A stretch of DNA of 64,000 nt from positions 104,574-168,573 of the forward strand of contig JAAZBX010000002.1 in NCBI GenBank assembly GCA_012513575.1, given 5' to 3'. The notes beneath the pieces were generated by a model, which was not told the origin of the DNA, did not search any database, and saw only the letters and a program-made list of their open reading frames with translations. The position numbers and the translations under genes were made by a program. Positions 1 to 9,708 of this stretch are shown one piece after another. This DNA comes from Candidatus Dojkabacteria bacterium. Lineage in GTDB: Bacteria; Patescibacteriota; Dojkabacteria; SC72. How positions within the stretch are numbered: the first letter of the stretch is position 1; every line of letters begins with the position of its first letter.

Positions 1-1003
1 AAATCTTTCAACTAACAATATTGGTGTAAAAGAAAGAAGACGTTTTTTACGGATAAAGAAGGTAAAGGAGAGGATTAGAATAGAGAAAAAGAGTAGTAAA
101 ATCGTCACTCTCGAAAAGGTAGGTATGATAGAAATTACAGAAATTAGCATTGTGAGAAAGGGAATAAAAGAATATTTCTTTTGGATATTTTTTACGAAGT
201 AGAGTGAAAGGAAAAAAGAAAAAAGGAAAAAACCAGCCAATATATTTGGATGAGGGAAGGTTCCGTAAGATCTTAGAATTTCTGTCCCTGAAAGACTTAC
301 AAAGCTTGAGCCCAACAATCCAGCAGCTACCTGTGATTCCCCTAAAAAATTGATTCCCAAAGAGACTCCCCTTTTGAATTGGAGATATCCGACTATCGCT
401 TGTCCCGCGGTCGTTAAGAAAAGTAGAATCGAAAAAATTTTCACTTCTTTACTTTCAATTTTTTCTCTTCTAAATTCTTCAATCAAAATTAAAAATGTGA
501 AGATATATGTTAAAAATCTTGCTGAATTTAAAGAGACAAGAAGATCTCTGAAAAAAATATTTTGAAGAAGTAGAATTAATGAGAAGAGGAACAATGGTAA
601 CTTGTATTTTTGGAATATTGTTTTGAATTGTAATCTATTTTCAATTAATAAGACAGTGATAAAAAGAAATACTCCCAAATCAATAATGGAAAGTGTTGGG
701 ACTAGATAGTTTACATGGATATTGTTTACCAATGTTTTTGAGAATTCGATAGGCAACTGATATGTAATATTTAATGGTAGAGATAGAAGTAAAAAAGAAA
801 TGAAGGCAATAGAAGTCTTTTTGGAAAATAAGTAAAAAAGATAGAAAAACAAAACAAGAATTGAGATTGAAATAAATCTCCCTATAGATTCTTTTACAAA
901 AAGAGACAATACCAAGAGGGTAAAAGCAAAGAGAAGAGAAACAAGTAGCTTCTTTTTTGAGAAGTGTTTAATTTGCATTAGCCAATTTTACCATTCACAC
1001 CAC

Positions 1004-1483
1004 TTACTTAATAGGAGATATAACAATTCTCCTATCCATACCCTCACCAATACTTTCAGAGGATATATCTTTAAATTTCATTAAAGCGAGGTGAACTATT
1101 CTTCTATCAGATGGTTTCATTGGGGGCAATTCAATTGGTTCTCCAAGTATTCTTGCATTATCAGCTTTTTCAAGTGCCATTTGCTCAAGTTTGTCATCCT
1201 TTTCTTTCCTATATCCCGCCACATCTACGAAAACTCTAAAATCCACTTCTTCACCAAGTTTTCTTCCTAAAATAATTTGGAGAATAAACTGTAAAGCGTC
1301 AAGGTGCCTCCCTCTATTTCCAATCATATATCCCAACTCTTTTCCCTCAAAGTTAACTTTGAGGTATTTAACACCCTCTTCTCCTTCTTCTATAGAGACT
1401 TCTCTCTCGCTCTCAACTTTGAGCAAAGAGGAGAGATTTTCTACCTCATTTTGGACAATTTTTAATAGTTCCTTATCTTTCAT
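1004..1483 (-). CDS. jag: Jag/KhpB-like RNA-binding protein (KH + R3H domains)
   Basis: The protein has a KH-like GxxG segment (GYMIGNRGRHLDALQ) and a C-terminal R3H-like region. Its position downstream of yidC in the conserved rpmH-rnpA-yidD-yidC-jag cluster supports the call. Confidence 0.75.
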   Translation of the reverse strand: MKDKELLKIVQNEVENLSSLLKVESEREVSIEEGEEGVKYLKVNFEGKELGYMIGNRGRHLDALQFILQIILGRKLGEEVDFRVFVDVAGYRKEKDDKLEQMALEKADNARILGEPIELPPMKPSDRRIVHLALMKFKDISSESIGEGMDRRIVISPIK

Positions 1484-1543
1484 TAAGATAATTCTAACAA
1501 TTTATTACAAAATAAACAGGGATACCTGACTAACTAGAACCCC

Positions 1544-2404
1544 TTATTTCTCTGCTTCTACGTTCCCTTTTCCTTTCCCTTTTTTCATTACAGAGATTAA
1601 ATTCTGAACACCCTTCTTTGTTTTATCCCAATCTAAGAGAACATACTGAGCAATTAATGCAAATGATTGCGCTACCCAATACAGACCTAAAAATGCTGGC
1701 ATCCTAATAGCAAAAAGAATAGTCATCACAGGAAGTACATAATTAAAGGATTTGGACATATTTTCTTGAAGCGCTTCTGGAGAAAGCTCTTCTGTTTTCT
1801 TCTTTTTCTTAGATTTCGCTGCCTGTGGATTTTGCATCAACTGTGTAAACTTCGTTGTAAAGTACTGAGAGACACCAGCTAAAATTGCAATGATCAAAAA
1901 TACGATTCCCTCTTTACTAAATTTGTCAGAAAGTTCTGAGTAAATATTTGTTAACTCCAAACCAAGAAATTTAGTATTTATGAGAAAATCTTTACTTGAT
2001 GCTATCCATTCATGAATAAATGGATACATTCCGTTAATATTATTCGCAGCAATATTTCTAATAGCCTGATAAAGAACAATTATAATTAATAACTGAGGAA
2101 TAAATGTCCCAAGACAGCCCAAAGGATTGTAACCAGACGCTTTGTAAAGCTTCATTTGCTCCTGAGAAAGTTTCTCAGGATTGTTCTTGTATTTTTTTTG
2201 AAGTGCATCTAACTGAGGTTTAAGTGAAGCCATTTTCCTTGTCATACTCGTTTGACTCTTGGTCAAAGGAAGAAGAACTAGCCTAAAAATTATTGCAAGA
2301 GCGATAATAGCTAATCCTAAATTATCTCCTAAAATGTGATAAAGAGACAAAGCGACATTAAGAATTGGGTTATACAGTAAATTCGTCCAAATCCAAGAAA
2401 ACAT
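1544..2404 (-). CDS. yidC: Membrane protein insertase YidC/Oxa1 family
   Basis: It is a polytopic membrane protein with a lysine-rich C-terminal tail. It has the conserved YidC core motifs and sits in the synteny position next to yidD and rnpA. Confidence 0.88.
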   Translation of the reverse strand: MFSWIWTNLLYNPILNVALSLYHILGDNLGLAIIALAIIFRLVLLPLTKSQTSMTRKMASLKPQLDALQKKYKNNPEKLSQEQMKLYKASGYNPLGCLGTFIPQLLIIIVLYQAIRNIAANNINGMYPFIHEWIASSKDFLINTKFLGLELTNIYSELSDKFSKEGIVFLIIAILAGVSQYFTTKFTQLMQNPQAAKSKKKKKTEELSPEALQENMSKSFNYVLPVMTILFAIRMPAFLGLYWVAQSFALIAQYVLLDWDKTKKGVQNLISVMKKGKGKGNVEAEK

Positions 2405-2460
2405 CTTTCGATTGTTGCTTAATTAAAATAGTATTTCGGACTATATCACAAAAAAAACAA

Positions 2461-2700
2461 TTAAGGAACAGGGTCGTATGTTCCAGCAGCTGTTTTGTAA
2501 TTACATCTTAAAATTCTTTTAATAGCTAAAAACCCTCCTTTTAAAACTCCGTATTTATCGATAGCGCTATATCCATACTCAGAACAGGTTGGAATAAATT
2601 TACATACTCTATAATTTGGACGAAGTTTCCCATAGAAACCATGATCTAAGGAAAGTGTTTTTTGATACCACCTAATTATTCTTAGTACTACCTCTTTCAT
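2461..2700 (-). CDS. yidD: Membrane protein insertion efficiency factor YidD
   Basis: It is a 79-aa protein with the conserved YidD Cys motif (CKFIPTCSEYG). It overlaps the 3' end of rnpA, as is typical. Confidence 0.85.
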   Translation of the reverse strand: MKEVVLRIIRWYQKTLSLDHGFYGKLRPNYRVCKFIPTCSEYGYSAIDKYGVLKGGFLAIKRILRCNYKTAAGTYDPVP

Positions 2701-3031
2701 CTGATAAAAGCTTTTTTAATAGATAATTAAAATCTTCTTTAAGCTTGGAATAATCATCACAGAAAGTAAATGCAATAAATTCAAAATTTCCATTCTTTAG
2801 AGAGAATTCTTGGCTTTTTATTGCTTCCATTGAAATTACTCTAAGAAGCCTTGTCATTCTATGCCTTCTTACAGCATTTCCTATCTTTTTACTTACTACA
2901 AATCCAAATTTGGGGATATTCTGAGAATTGTCAAAATAGAGTAGCATTCCATATTTACCCTTGGCTTTAATACCTTTTCTATACAACAATTGAAACTCTT
3001 TTGCAGGCAACCTGTATTTTCTAGGTAGCAT
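2672..3031 (-). CDS. rnpA: Ribonuclease P protein component
   Basis: It is a basic 119-aa protein starting MLPRKYRLP, with the RnpA fold signature. It lies between rpmH and yidD. Confidence 0.85.
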   Translation of the reverse strand: MLPRKYRLPAKEFQLLYRKGIKAKGKYGMLLYFDNSQNIPKFGFVVSKKIGNAVRRHRMTRLLRVISMEAIKSQEFSLKNGNFEFIAFTFCDDYSKLKEDFNYLLKKLLSDERGSTKNN

Positions 3032-3038
3032 GATATTA

Positions 3039-3221
3039 CTACTTAATATTTTGTTTATGCTTTTTTCTTAAGAGTTTGTACTCTTCTGAAACAGAAAGTT
3101 CTTTTCTGCCTTTAGCTCTTTTGGTTTTCAAAACCCTTCTTCCCCCAACAGTGCTGTTTCTTGCTCTAAAACCAAGCTTTTTAATTCTTCGCATGTTGTT
3201 TGGCTGATATGTTCTTTTCAT
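3039..3221 (-). CDS. rpmH: 50S ribosomal protein L34, with a lysine-rich C-terminal extension
   Basis: The protein begins [40 protein letters not shown], which matches the L34 consensus. The ORF is 60 aa, about 15 aa longer than a typical L34. Confidence 0.85.
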   Translation of the reverse strand: MKRTYQPNNMRRIKKLGFRARNSTVGGRRVLKTKRAKGRKELSVSEEYKLLRKKHKQNIK

Positions 3222-3369
3222 ATAATTTCTGATAAATGTGAAATCAAGCTGATTATATAGGAAGCAATTACATTTAGCAAATAAATAAAATTCTCTCTAA
3301 TATTATTAGAGTTGATCTCGCTTGTCAAAAAAGCCCTTTTAATAAAGATATTTTAGCATTAAAAAAAAG

Positions 3370-3400
3370 ATATCCACATTTTCCCAAAATTGAATATAAT
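3370..3400 (+). promoter_or_regulatory. DnaA-box-like 9-mer (GATATCCACA) and a TATAAT -10 element upstream of dnaA
   Basis: GATATCCACA lies at 3370-3379 and TATAAT at 3395-3400, in the AT-rich rpmH-dnaA intergenic region. Confidence 0.4.
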
Positions 3401-3467
3401 GGGAAAGAGTCCCAATCGACCATTGACTGCCCCCCAGAAAACTGTCATTAAGTTAAATAACTAAGCA

Positions 3468-4898
3468 ATGAACAAGGCTGATTTTAAAAGTTACTTCGAA
3501 AATATACAACCCAATTCGAATGAGGATGGGGATGAATTATGGAAATTAACTAAAGAGCACTTAAAATTAATGCTCGGAAACAGAATTTTCTTAAGTCTTT
3601 TTACAGGTGTATATATTGAGAATGTTGGGAATGGAATTGTGCAATTTACTTGTGACACAGAGTACAAAAGAGAGAAGATATTAAGAGATTACAAAGCTTC
3701 AATTAAGCAAGCGTTAAGAAAAGCTAGTGGTCTTAATTATGAAGTTGAGATGAATATTAAAACTTCTACAAATTCGAATAAAAAAGATAGATATGAATAC
3801 CATGATCCAAAAGAAGGAGAGTCCCTAGACCTTTTTTCTTCAAGTCAGAAGCAGAAAGAAAGATTTTTAAAAAGTATTGAGGATTCAAATTTAAATCCAA
3901 GATATCTTTTTTCTAATTTCATTGTCGGAAAAAGTAATGAACTTGCCGAGGCTGTTGCAGAAGCAGTTTCAAACGATTTGGGAAATGCATACAATCCAGT
4001 TTTCTTCTACGGAAATAGTGGGCTTGGGAAAACTCACCTTATGCAAGCGATAGGGAATGAGGTTTTAAAGCAGGATTCTTCAAAAAAAGTTGTTTACACA
4101 ACTACTGAAACCTTTTTAAATGAGATGGTTGATGCTATTAAAACAAAAAGAAATGATGATTTTCGAAACAAATACAGGACTGTTGATCTCCTTATGATTG
4201 ATGATGTCCAATTTGTCGAAATGTTTCCAAGAACTCAGGAGGAGCTCTTCCATACATTTAACGCACTCTATGATTCAAACAAACAAATCATCTTAGCATC
4301 GGATAGGCCACCAAAAGAAATTAAAAATATAACGGAGAGACTTAGAACACGATTCCAAGGTGGCATGGTTGCAGATATTCAGCCTCCCGATTACGAAACC
4401 AGGTTAGCTATTCTTCAACAATCACTTGAAGAGAAAAAACTAAGTATTCCAGAGGAGCATTTAGAAATGATCGCGAAGAATATTGAAAGCAATATTCGAG
4501 AACTTGAAGGAGCACTTACAAAAGTATCTTCACTTTACAGAATTGGCTTGAACCCAAATGAAGAGGAAGTTGCGAAAATTCTCCAAGTGGATTTAGATTC
4601 AAAAAGAAAGAAGATTACTTCAAGCAAAGTAATATCAACAGTAAGTGAAGTTTTTGATGTTAAGCCCTCGGATATTAAAGGAAGTCGTAGGACTGCATAT
4701 GTCGCACAGTGTAGACAAGTTGTCATGTATATCTTACGAAAAGAATTACAGCTTCCTCTTGAGAGAGTTGCAAAAGAGGTAAATAGAAAAGATCATACAA
4801 CCGTGCTTCATGCTTACGATAAAATTGAGGAATTAGTTACAAAGGATAATAGGTTTGGAGAAAGAGTGGATAAATGCATTCAACTGCTTAGGGAATAA
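3468..4898 (+). CDS. dnaA: Chromosomal replication initiator protein DnaA
   Basis: It has the Walker A motif GNSGLGKTHL, the AAA+ box VDLLMIDDVQF, and a C-terminal DnaA-box-binding HTH (HTTVLHAYDKIEE). Confidence 0.95.
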   Translation: MNKADFKSYFENIQPNSNEDGDELWKLTKEHLKLMLGNRIFLSLFTGVYIENVGNGIVQFTCDTEYKREKILRDYKASIKQALRKASGLNYEVEMNIKTSTNSNKKDRYEYHDPKEGESLDLFSSSQKQKERFLKSIEDSNLNPRYLFSNFIVGKSNELAEAVAEAVSNDLGNAYNPVFFYGNSGLGKTHLMQAIGNEVLKQDSSKKVVYTTTETFLNEMVDAIKTKRNDDFRNKYRTVDLLMIDDVQFVEMFPRTQEELFHTFNALYDSNKQIILASDRPPKEIKNITERLRTRFQGGMVADIQPPDYETRLAILQQSLEEKKLSIPEEHLEMIAKNIESNIRELEGALTKVSSLYRIGLNPNEEEVAKILQVDLDSKRKKITSSKVISTVSEVFDVKPSDIKGSRRTAYVAQCRQVVMYILRKELQLPLERVAKEVNRKDHTTVLHAYDKIEELVTKDNRFGERVDKCIQLLRE

Positions 4899-5351
4899 AC
4901 TTGTGGATAACCTTGTGAATAAGTGCTGGACAATTTTTTGTTTTTATAATTAAAAGATGTTTAACTAATCCTATGAGATCATTAAAAGGTTCCTACAACA
5001 ACATTTAAGATGACCTCTTGTATCCACACTCTTTACTAAGATATCCCGTGTTATCCAAAAAAATAATCCACATTGATACAGATTGCCATCTCAACATTTT
5101 TGATTTTCTTAAAGGATAATTCTAAGAAAAGATATCCACTAGGAATTTTGAAGAAAATACTAGTTCCTGACAACGTTAAAATAAATTTAAACAAAAGTTA
5201 TCTACTTATCCATATTGCCTACTACTTTTTCTAAGATATTTAATTAAAAAAGAAATTAATAGATACATTTGTGGAAAAATTAATGTATAATTGGGCATAA
5301 GATTTCTGTGTTAAGAAAACTACCCATATTTAAAATATGATTTGTTGAAAA
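4899..5351. promoter_or_regulatory. Candidate oriC: DnaA-box cluster and AT-rich unwinding region between dnaA and dnaN
   Basis: At least seven TTATCCACA-like 9-mers occur in both orientations. They are TTGTGGATAA at 4901-4910, TGTATCCACA at 5019-5028, TTATCCAAA at 5051-5059, TAATCCACA at 5064-5072, ATATCCACT at 5132-5140, TTATCTACT at 5198-5206 and TTATCCATA at 5206-5214. An AT-rich tract lies at 4930-4975. Confidence 0.6.
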
Positions 5352-6473
5352 ATGAAATTCACTTGTAATCAAGATACATTCTCAAAATATTTAAATATTG
5401 TAAGTAGAGTTGTTACATCAAAACCAGGTTTACCAATTTTAAGTAATGTGATGTTTGAGACAGAGAATGGTAAGCTTACTATGAAGACAACAGATTTAGA
5501 ATTGAGTATTAGTACCTGGATTGGAGCAGATATTCAAGAAGATGGAAAGATTACAGCCCCAGCAAAGCAGCTTTCTGAATTTGTGAATTCTATTCCTGAA
5601 GAAAAGGTAGATATTGAGATCGTTAAACAGAACTTTAATATCTCAACATCGAATAATACTGCTAGTTTTAATACAATGCCTTCTGAGGATTTTCCAAATA
5701 TCCCTGAGGTAGGAAAAAAGAAATATGACTTTAGAGTAAAAAAAATAGATATTGTCCAAGCAGTTAATAGAGTGGCTTTTGCAGCAGCCAGTGATGATAT
5801 TAAACCTGTTTTAACAGGAGTAAAGGTTGAAGTTGAGGATGATAAGGTTTCATTTGTTGCTACAGATGGATACAGGCTATCAAAGCAGAGTGTAAAGATA
5901 GAAAAAGATAGTGGTAAAAAAAGTTTTTTAGTTCCTGTTAGAGCTTTTTCTGAATTGACATATATTATCTCCGAATTGGATACGGATGAGGAGTGGGTTA
6001 ATATTTATCTCTTAGAGGATAGGAATCAGGTTCTTTTTAGATTGTCAGATGTAGATTTAGTTTCAAGATTAATAGATGGAGAGTATCCTGAGTACAAGCA
6101 GATTATTCCTACAGGTTTTGAGACTAAGTGTGTTATCAAGAGAGAGGATTTCCTTAATTCTTTGAAAGTTGTAAATATCATTGCTCGTTCTGTTCTAGGA
6201 AACAAAATGATTTTAAATATTAATACAAAAGATGGAAAGATTGCACTATCAGCTGTTCAAAGTGATTTGGGAAAGAACCAGAGTATTTTTAATGGAGATA
6301 TTAAAGGAAATGATATTAAAATTGCATTTAGTGCAAAGCTTCTATCTGATATATTAAATCATTTAGATTCTGAGGATTTGGTATTCCAGTGTACTGATCC
6401 TGTAAAACCAGGTGTCTTCCTTATTGAAGGGGAAGAGGATTTTGTACATTTGGTTATGCCTATGATGCTTTAG
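5352..6473 (+). CDS. dnaN: DNA polymerase III beta sliding clamp
   Basis: It is a 373-aa protein whose N-terminus (MKFTCNQDTFSKYLNIVSRVV...LPILSNVMFE) and three-domain length match DnaN. It lies immediately downstream of dnaA. Confidence 0.9.
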   Translation: MKFTCNQDTFSKYLNIVSRVVTSKPGLPILSNVMFETENGKLTMKTTDLELSISTWIGADIQEDGKITAPAKQLSEFVNSIPEEKVDIEIVKQNFNISTSNNTASFNTMPSEDFPNIPEVGKKKYDFRVKKIDIVQAVNRVAFAAASDDIKPVLTGVKVEVEDDKVSFVATDGYRLSKQSVKIEKDSGKKSFLVPVRAFSELTYIISELDTDEEWVNIYLLEDRNQVLFRLSDVDLVSRLIDGEYPEYKQIIPTGFETKCVIKREDFLNSLKVVNIIARSVLGNKMILNINTKDGKIALSAVQSDLGKNQSIFNGDIKGNDIKIAFSAKLLSDILNHLDSEDLVFQCTDPVKPGVFLIEGEEDFVHLVMPMML

Positions 6474-6484
6474 GTTTTCTGTCT

Positions 6485-7030
6485 CTAATCAAAGCATTCT
6501 CTTAGACTTCTCCAAGCTTCTATAATTATCTCTTTGTCGTCTCTTAATCTTTCTGAAGCAAATTCCAAAGCCACTCCATTATTTTTAACAGCTTTCAAAA
6601 CTACCTCTTTATCATTTTTTAATTCATCGGAAGCATATTTTAAAGCAAAACCATAACTTTCAACTACCTCAGTGACAATATCTTTATCATTTTTTAATTC
6701 ATCTGTCGCATATTCTAAAGCATTTGGATTTTTTTGAAGTACCTCTATCATAAACTCCCTATCACTTCTTAACTCATCAGAAGCAAATAGTAAAGCTTTG
6801 CCATTTAGTATTTCCCATGGTGATATTAAACCTTCTGCCTCGCTTGTAATTGCAGTCATCACAACTTCCCTATCATTTTTTAATCTTTCTGAAGCATATT
6901 CTAAGAATGTTCCTATTTTCTTAACGACTTTTAAAGTAATCTCTTTATCCTCCCTGAGAGCTGGAATCTCATGGTATTCCTTAACATAATCAGGAGTACT
7001 TAGTTCTTGTTCTAACTCCGAAGTTTCCAT
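6485..7030 (-). CDS. DUF4116-type repeat protein
   Basis: It contains at least four tandem repeats of about 35 aa, of the form A(S/T)DELKNDKEVV...ALE(Y/F)AS. Confidence 0.55.
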   Translation of the reverse strand: METSELEQELSTPDYVKEYHEIPALREDKEITLKVVKKIGTFLEYASERLKNDREVVMTAITSEAEGLISPWEILNGKALLFASDELRSDREFMIEVLQKNPNALEYATDELKNDKDIVTEVVESYGFALKYASDELKNDKEVVLKAVKNNGVALEFASERLRDDKEIIIEAWRSLRECFD

Positions 7031-7109
7031 ATCTATATCATCAAAAATAAAATATATGGGGAGTTTGTGTATATATTATATAACAATTCTCTTTGGAGTC
7101 CAATTATAG

Positions 7110-7790
7110 TCATTCTTTAGGTTTTCTGTCTCTAACAATGTATCCTATACCATGTACTGTCTCAATGACATTTCTGTCTTCAAGTTTACTTCTCAGTCTG
7201 TTTATATGCACATCGATTGTGTTTGAACCTATATACTCTCTATAGTCCCAAACATGATCGAGCAATTCACACCTTGAAATTGGTCTGTCTTTATTTCTTA
7301 CCAAATACTCAAATAGGTCATATTCCTTATTCCTAACTTCAATATCCTCATTTCCCTTTTGTATGCTTTTGCTATTAGTATCCAAGACTAAGTTTCCAAG
7401 ATAAAGGTTGTTATCTATATACGATTTAGGTCTTCTGCTTACTGATTGAATTCTTGCTAATAACTCTTGCATAGGAAAAGGATATGTAAGGACATCATCT
7501 CCTCCATGGTTTAGAAAATTCACTTTCTCAGGCCAACCACCATTATTACAAACACCCAAAACTTTTGTTTTAGGGCAATGCTTAATTATGTAAGAAAGTA
7601 TTTCCTCGCTCTTGTTGCCTGAAAGTTTTGTGTTTAATATTACAAACTCAAAAATCCCATCTTTGACGTATACCTTACTACCAAAATTCTCATTATCTAA
7701 AGTCACTTTATATCCGTATGAATCAAGAGTTTTTTCTATAATCTGTGAAAGAGTGGAAGAATTCTCTATAATTAAGATATTCATTCGCAA
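7110..7790 (-). CDS. Atypical OmpR/PhoB-family response regulator with a degenerate receiver domain and a winged-helix DNA-binding domain
   Basis: The C-terminal trans_reg_C domain is intact (RCELLDHVWDYREYIGSNTIDVHINRLRSKL...GIGYIV). The receiver-like N-terminus lacks the acidic pocket (ENSS instead of DD) and the phospho-acceptor Asp (VILNTKL). It also lacks the conserved T and K positions. Confidence 0.7.
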   Translation of the reverse strand: MRMNILIIENSSTLSQIIEKTLDSYGYKVTLDNENFGSKVYVKDGIFEFVILNTKLSGNKSEEILSYIIKHCPKTKVLGVCNNGGWPEKVNFLNHGGDDVLTYPFPMQELLARIQSVSRRPKSYIDNNLYLGNLVLDTNSKSIQKGNEDIEVRNKEYDLFEYLVRNKDRPISRCELLDHVWDYREYIGSNTIDVHINRLRSKLEDRNVIETVHGIGYIVRDRKPKE

Positions 7791-7861
7791 AAAGTGTAAA
7801 ATTAATAGGCAAAGCTTAATTTTATATATATGTATAATTAAATCCTAGTAAACGAACATTT

Positions 7862-8230
7862 ATGAAATTTACTTTTACTTTTTTCTTTCTTTTAGGCTTT
7901 AGCGTAAGCTTCTTGTATTATTTATTTCAAAACCAAACCTTCCTTCCAACTGTTTCTTTGCATGAAGTAAATTGGAGTAACTTGTTTGTATTTGTAACCT
8001 TCTCTCTTCTCTCACTTCTCTCTCTCTTAAATTTGATTTTCTATCATTCATACAAAATATTTAAGAAAGAAATGCCCGAGAAATTAAGAATCAGAGAAAG
8101 TGTTAAATTCTCCCTCTTCATTTCTTTAGGTATTCTTGTTGTTTTCGCGTTACACATCTTCCACATAATCAGCTTCCCTTGGGGTATTGGAATCCTTGTT
8201 GTTCTACTGTTACTCTTTTTTGTGGTATGA
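7862..8230 (+). CDS. Hypothetical small multi-pass membrane protein
   Basis: It is a hydrophobic 122-aa ORF with no recognisable motif. It could be spurious. Confidence 0.3.
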   Translation: MKFTFTFFFLLGFSVSFLYYLFQNQTFLPTVSLHEVNWSNLFVFVTFSLLSLLSLLNLIFYHSYKIFKKEMPEKLRIRESVKFSLFISLGILVVFALHIFHIISFPWGIGILVVLLLLFFVV

Positions 8231-8915
8231 TAAACCAAGAAATATGGAAAATGACAGCATGGAAAAATTAGCAGATTTCTTAACAGGAGAGAAAGCTCTT
8301 CGAGATAAGGAGCAAAGTATTGAGAATGCAAAGAAAGAAGCTATTAAAGAGGAAAAAAACAAAAGAAGGAGAGATATTGTAGAAGGCAAAGCGAAATTAA
8401 AAGAAGATCCTGTTCAGAAAAAGAAGGTTGTCCAAAATATTAAACTTTTTGAATGGTCCGCTCCAGAAAGGTATCAGATCAAGCTTCAAAGCAAGAACTT
8501 TTTAATCATTGTTGTTATTTCACTTCTCTTTATCTCCCTTCTTGCTGTTCTTGGTAAATATTATCTTATTGCTGCAATAATTTCTGTCCTTTTTGTAATA
8601 TATGCTGCTGGTAGTACCAAACCTTTAATTGCAAAACATAAAATTACTGCAAGGGGGATAGAAACTGTTGGGAAACTGTATGAATGGTATATGCTTGAAG
8701 ATTTCTACTTTTGTAAAAAGGGAAATATGTATACTCTGCTTGTTCAAACAAAATTGAACTTCCCTAAAGCATTAGTATTACTTTGTAATGAGAAGGACAA
8801 AGACCCAATATTTGTAATTCTTCAAAAGAAACTTCTGTACAGGGATATTAGAAAGAAACTAAGCAAAGTTGATGTTCTTTCCTTTGGAGAATATGTTCCA
8901 TTAGAGAGAATCTAA
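8187..8915 (+). CDS. Hypothetical membrane protein with a lysine-rich coiled-coil N-terminus and two TM helices
   Basis: The true start is probably the internal Met near 8244 (MENDSMEKLADF), which would avoid overlap with the previous ORF. No known motif was found. Confidence 0.35.
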   Translation: MESLLFYCYSFLWYDKPRNMENDSMEKLADFLTGEKALRDKEQSIENAKKEAIKEEKNKRRRDIVEGKAKLKEDPVQKKKVVQNIKLFEWSAPERYQIKLQSKNFLIIVVISLLFISLLAVLGKYYLIAAIISVLFVIYAAGSTKPLIAKHKITARGIETVGKLYEWYMLEDFYFCKKGNMYTLLVQTKLNFPKALVLLCNEKDKDPIFVILQKKLLYRDIRKKLSKVDVLSFGEYVPLERI

Positions 8916-8930
8916 CGTTAAAGTTTCTGA

Positions 8931-9587
8931 ATGAAAAAAGTTCAAAAGAATTTAAATATCGAGAAATTAAGGAAAAACTTTTCCCATTTGTTTGTTGGAA
9001 TGGATTTGCAGAAAACAGAGATTGAATTCTTGTTTTCTGAATTAAAAGAAATGTATGAACAGGAGGGTAGATATTACCATAATTTGAAGCATATTGAGAG
9101 AATGCTTTCTTTTTTAGAAAGAAGAGTAGACAGAATAGAAGATTGGGTATCTATTCAGCTAGCTGTTTGGTTTCATGATTGTATTTATGATATCCATGAC
9201 AGTAAAAATGAAGAAAGAAGTGCCGATTTCGCTAGAAAAAGACTATCCGATTTAGGAGTATCTGAAGATCTTGTTGAGAAAGTAGCAGATTTAATTCTTC
9301 TTACGAAAAAGCACGAGATTACGGCAAAACATTCTAATTATGACACCAAAATCTTTTTAGATTCAGACCTTATGTCTTTGGGAGGTAGTTTTGAGGAATA
9401 CAGCAAGATATTTGAAAGAATTAAAAAAGAGTATTCTGAAATTCCTAGTGAAGTATTCAAGAATGGTAGAAGAGTATTTCTCCAATCAATTCTTTCAAAA
9501 CCAAGAATATTTTACACAGATGAAATGTTTTTAGAATTTGAACAGGATGCAAGGAGAAATTTGGAAAGGGAGTTAGTTAGCATTTAG
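8931..9587 (+). CDS. HD-domain metal-dependent phosphohydrolase-like protein
   Basis: It carries an H...HD metal-binding signature (YHNLKHIERM ... VWFHDCIYD). Confidence 0.5.
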   Translation: MKKVQKNLNIEKLRKNFSHLFVGMDLQKTEIEFLFSELKEMYEQEGRYYHNLKHIERMLSFLERRVDRIEDWVSIQLAVWFHDCIYDIHDSKNEERSADFARKRLSDLGVSEDLVEKVADLILLTKKHEITAKHSNYDTKIFLDSDLMSLGGSFEEYSKIFERIKKEYSEIPSEVFKNGRRVFLQSILSKPRIFYTDEMFLEFEQDARRNLERELVSI

Positions 9588-9613
9588 ATTTCCGTGGTAT
9601 AATGATGGATATT

Positions 9614-9700
9614 GGAGAGATGCCTGAGTGGTTGAAAGGGAAGCTCTCGAAAAGCTTTGTTTGGTTTTCCAAACCGGGGGTTCGAATCCCTCTCTCTCCG
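9614..9700 (+). tRNA. tRNA-Ser (anticodon CGA)
   Basis: The acceptor strands GGAGAGA and TCTCTCC pair. The anticodon loop is CTCGAAA, there is a long variable arm (GTTTGG...CCAAAC), and the T-loop is GGTTCGAATCC. CCA is not encoded. Confidence 0.85.
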
Positions 9701-9708
9701 TATACAAG

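Noticed and set aside
350-565. A 71-aa plus-strand ORF in the gene-free first kilobase
   Set aside because: It has low-complexity Lys/Ser/Ile composition, no motif, and isolated placement. The region is treated instead as a non-coding or pseudogene stretch.
3039-3221. Possible mis-called rpmH stop (a 60-aa rather than ~45-aa L34)
   Set aside because: The extension is in frame with no alternative earlier stop, and it is Lys-rich like other CPR ribosomal protein tails. It is noted in the feature entry but is not treated as an error or a finding.
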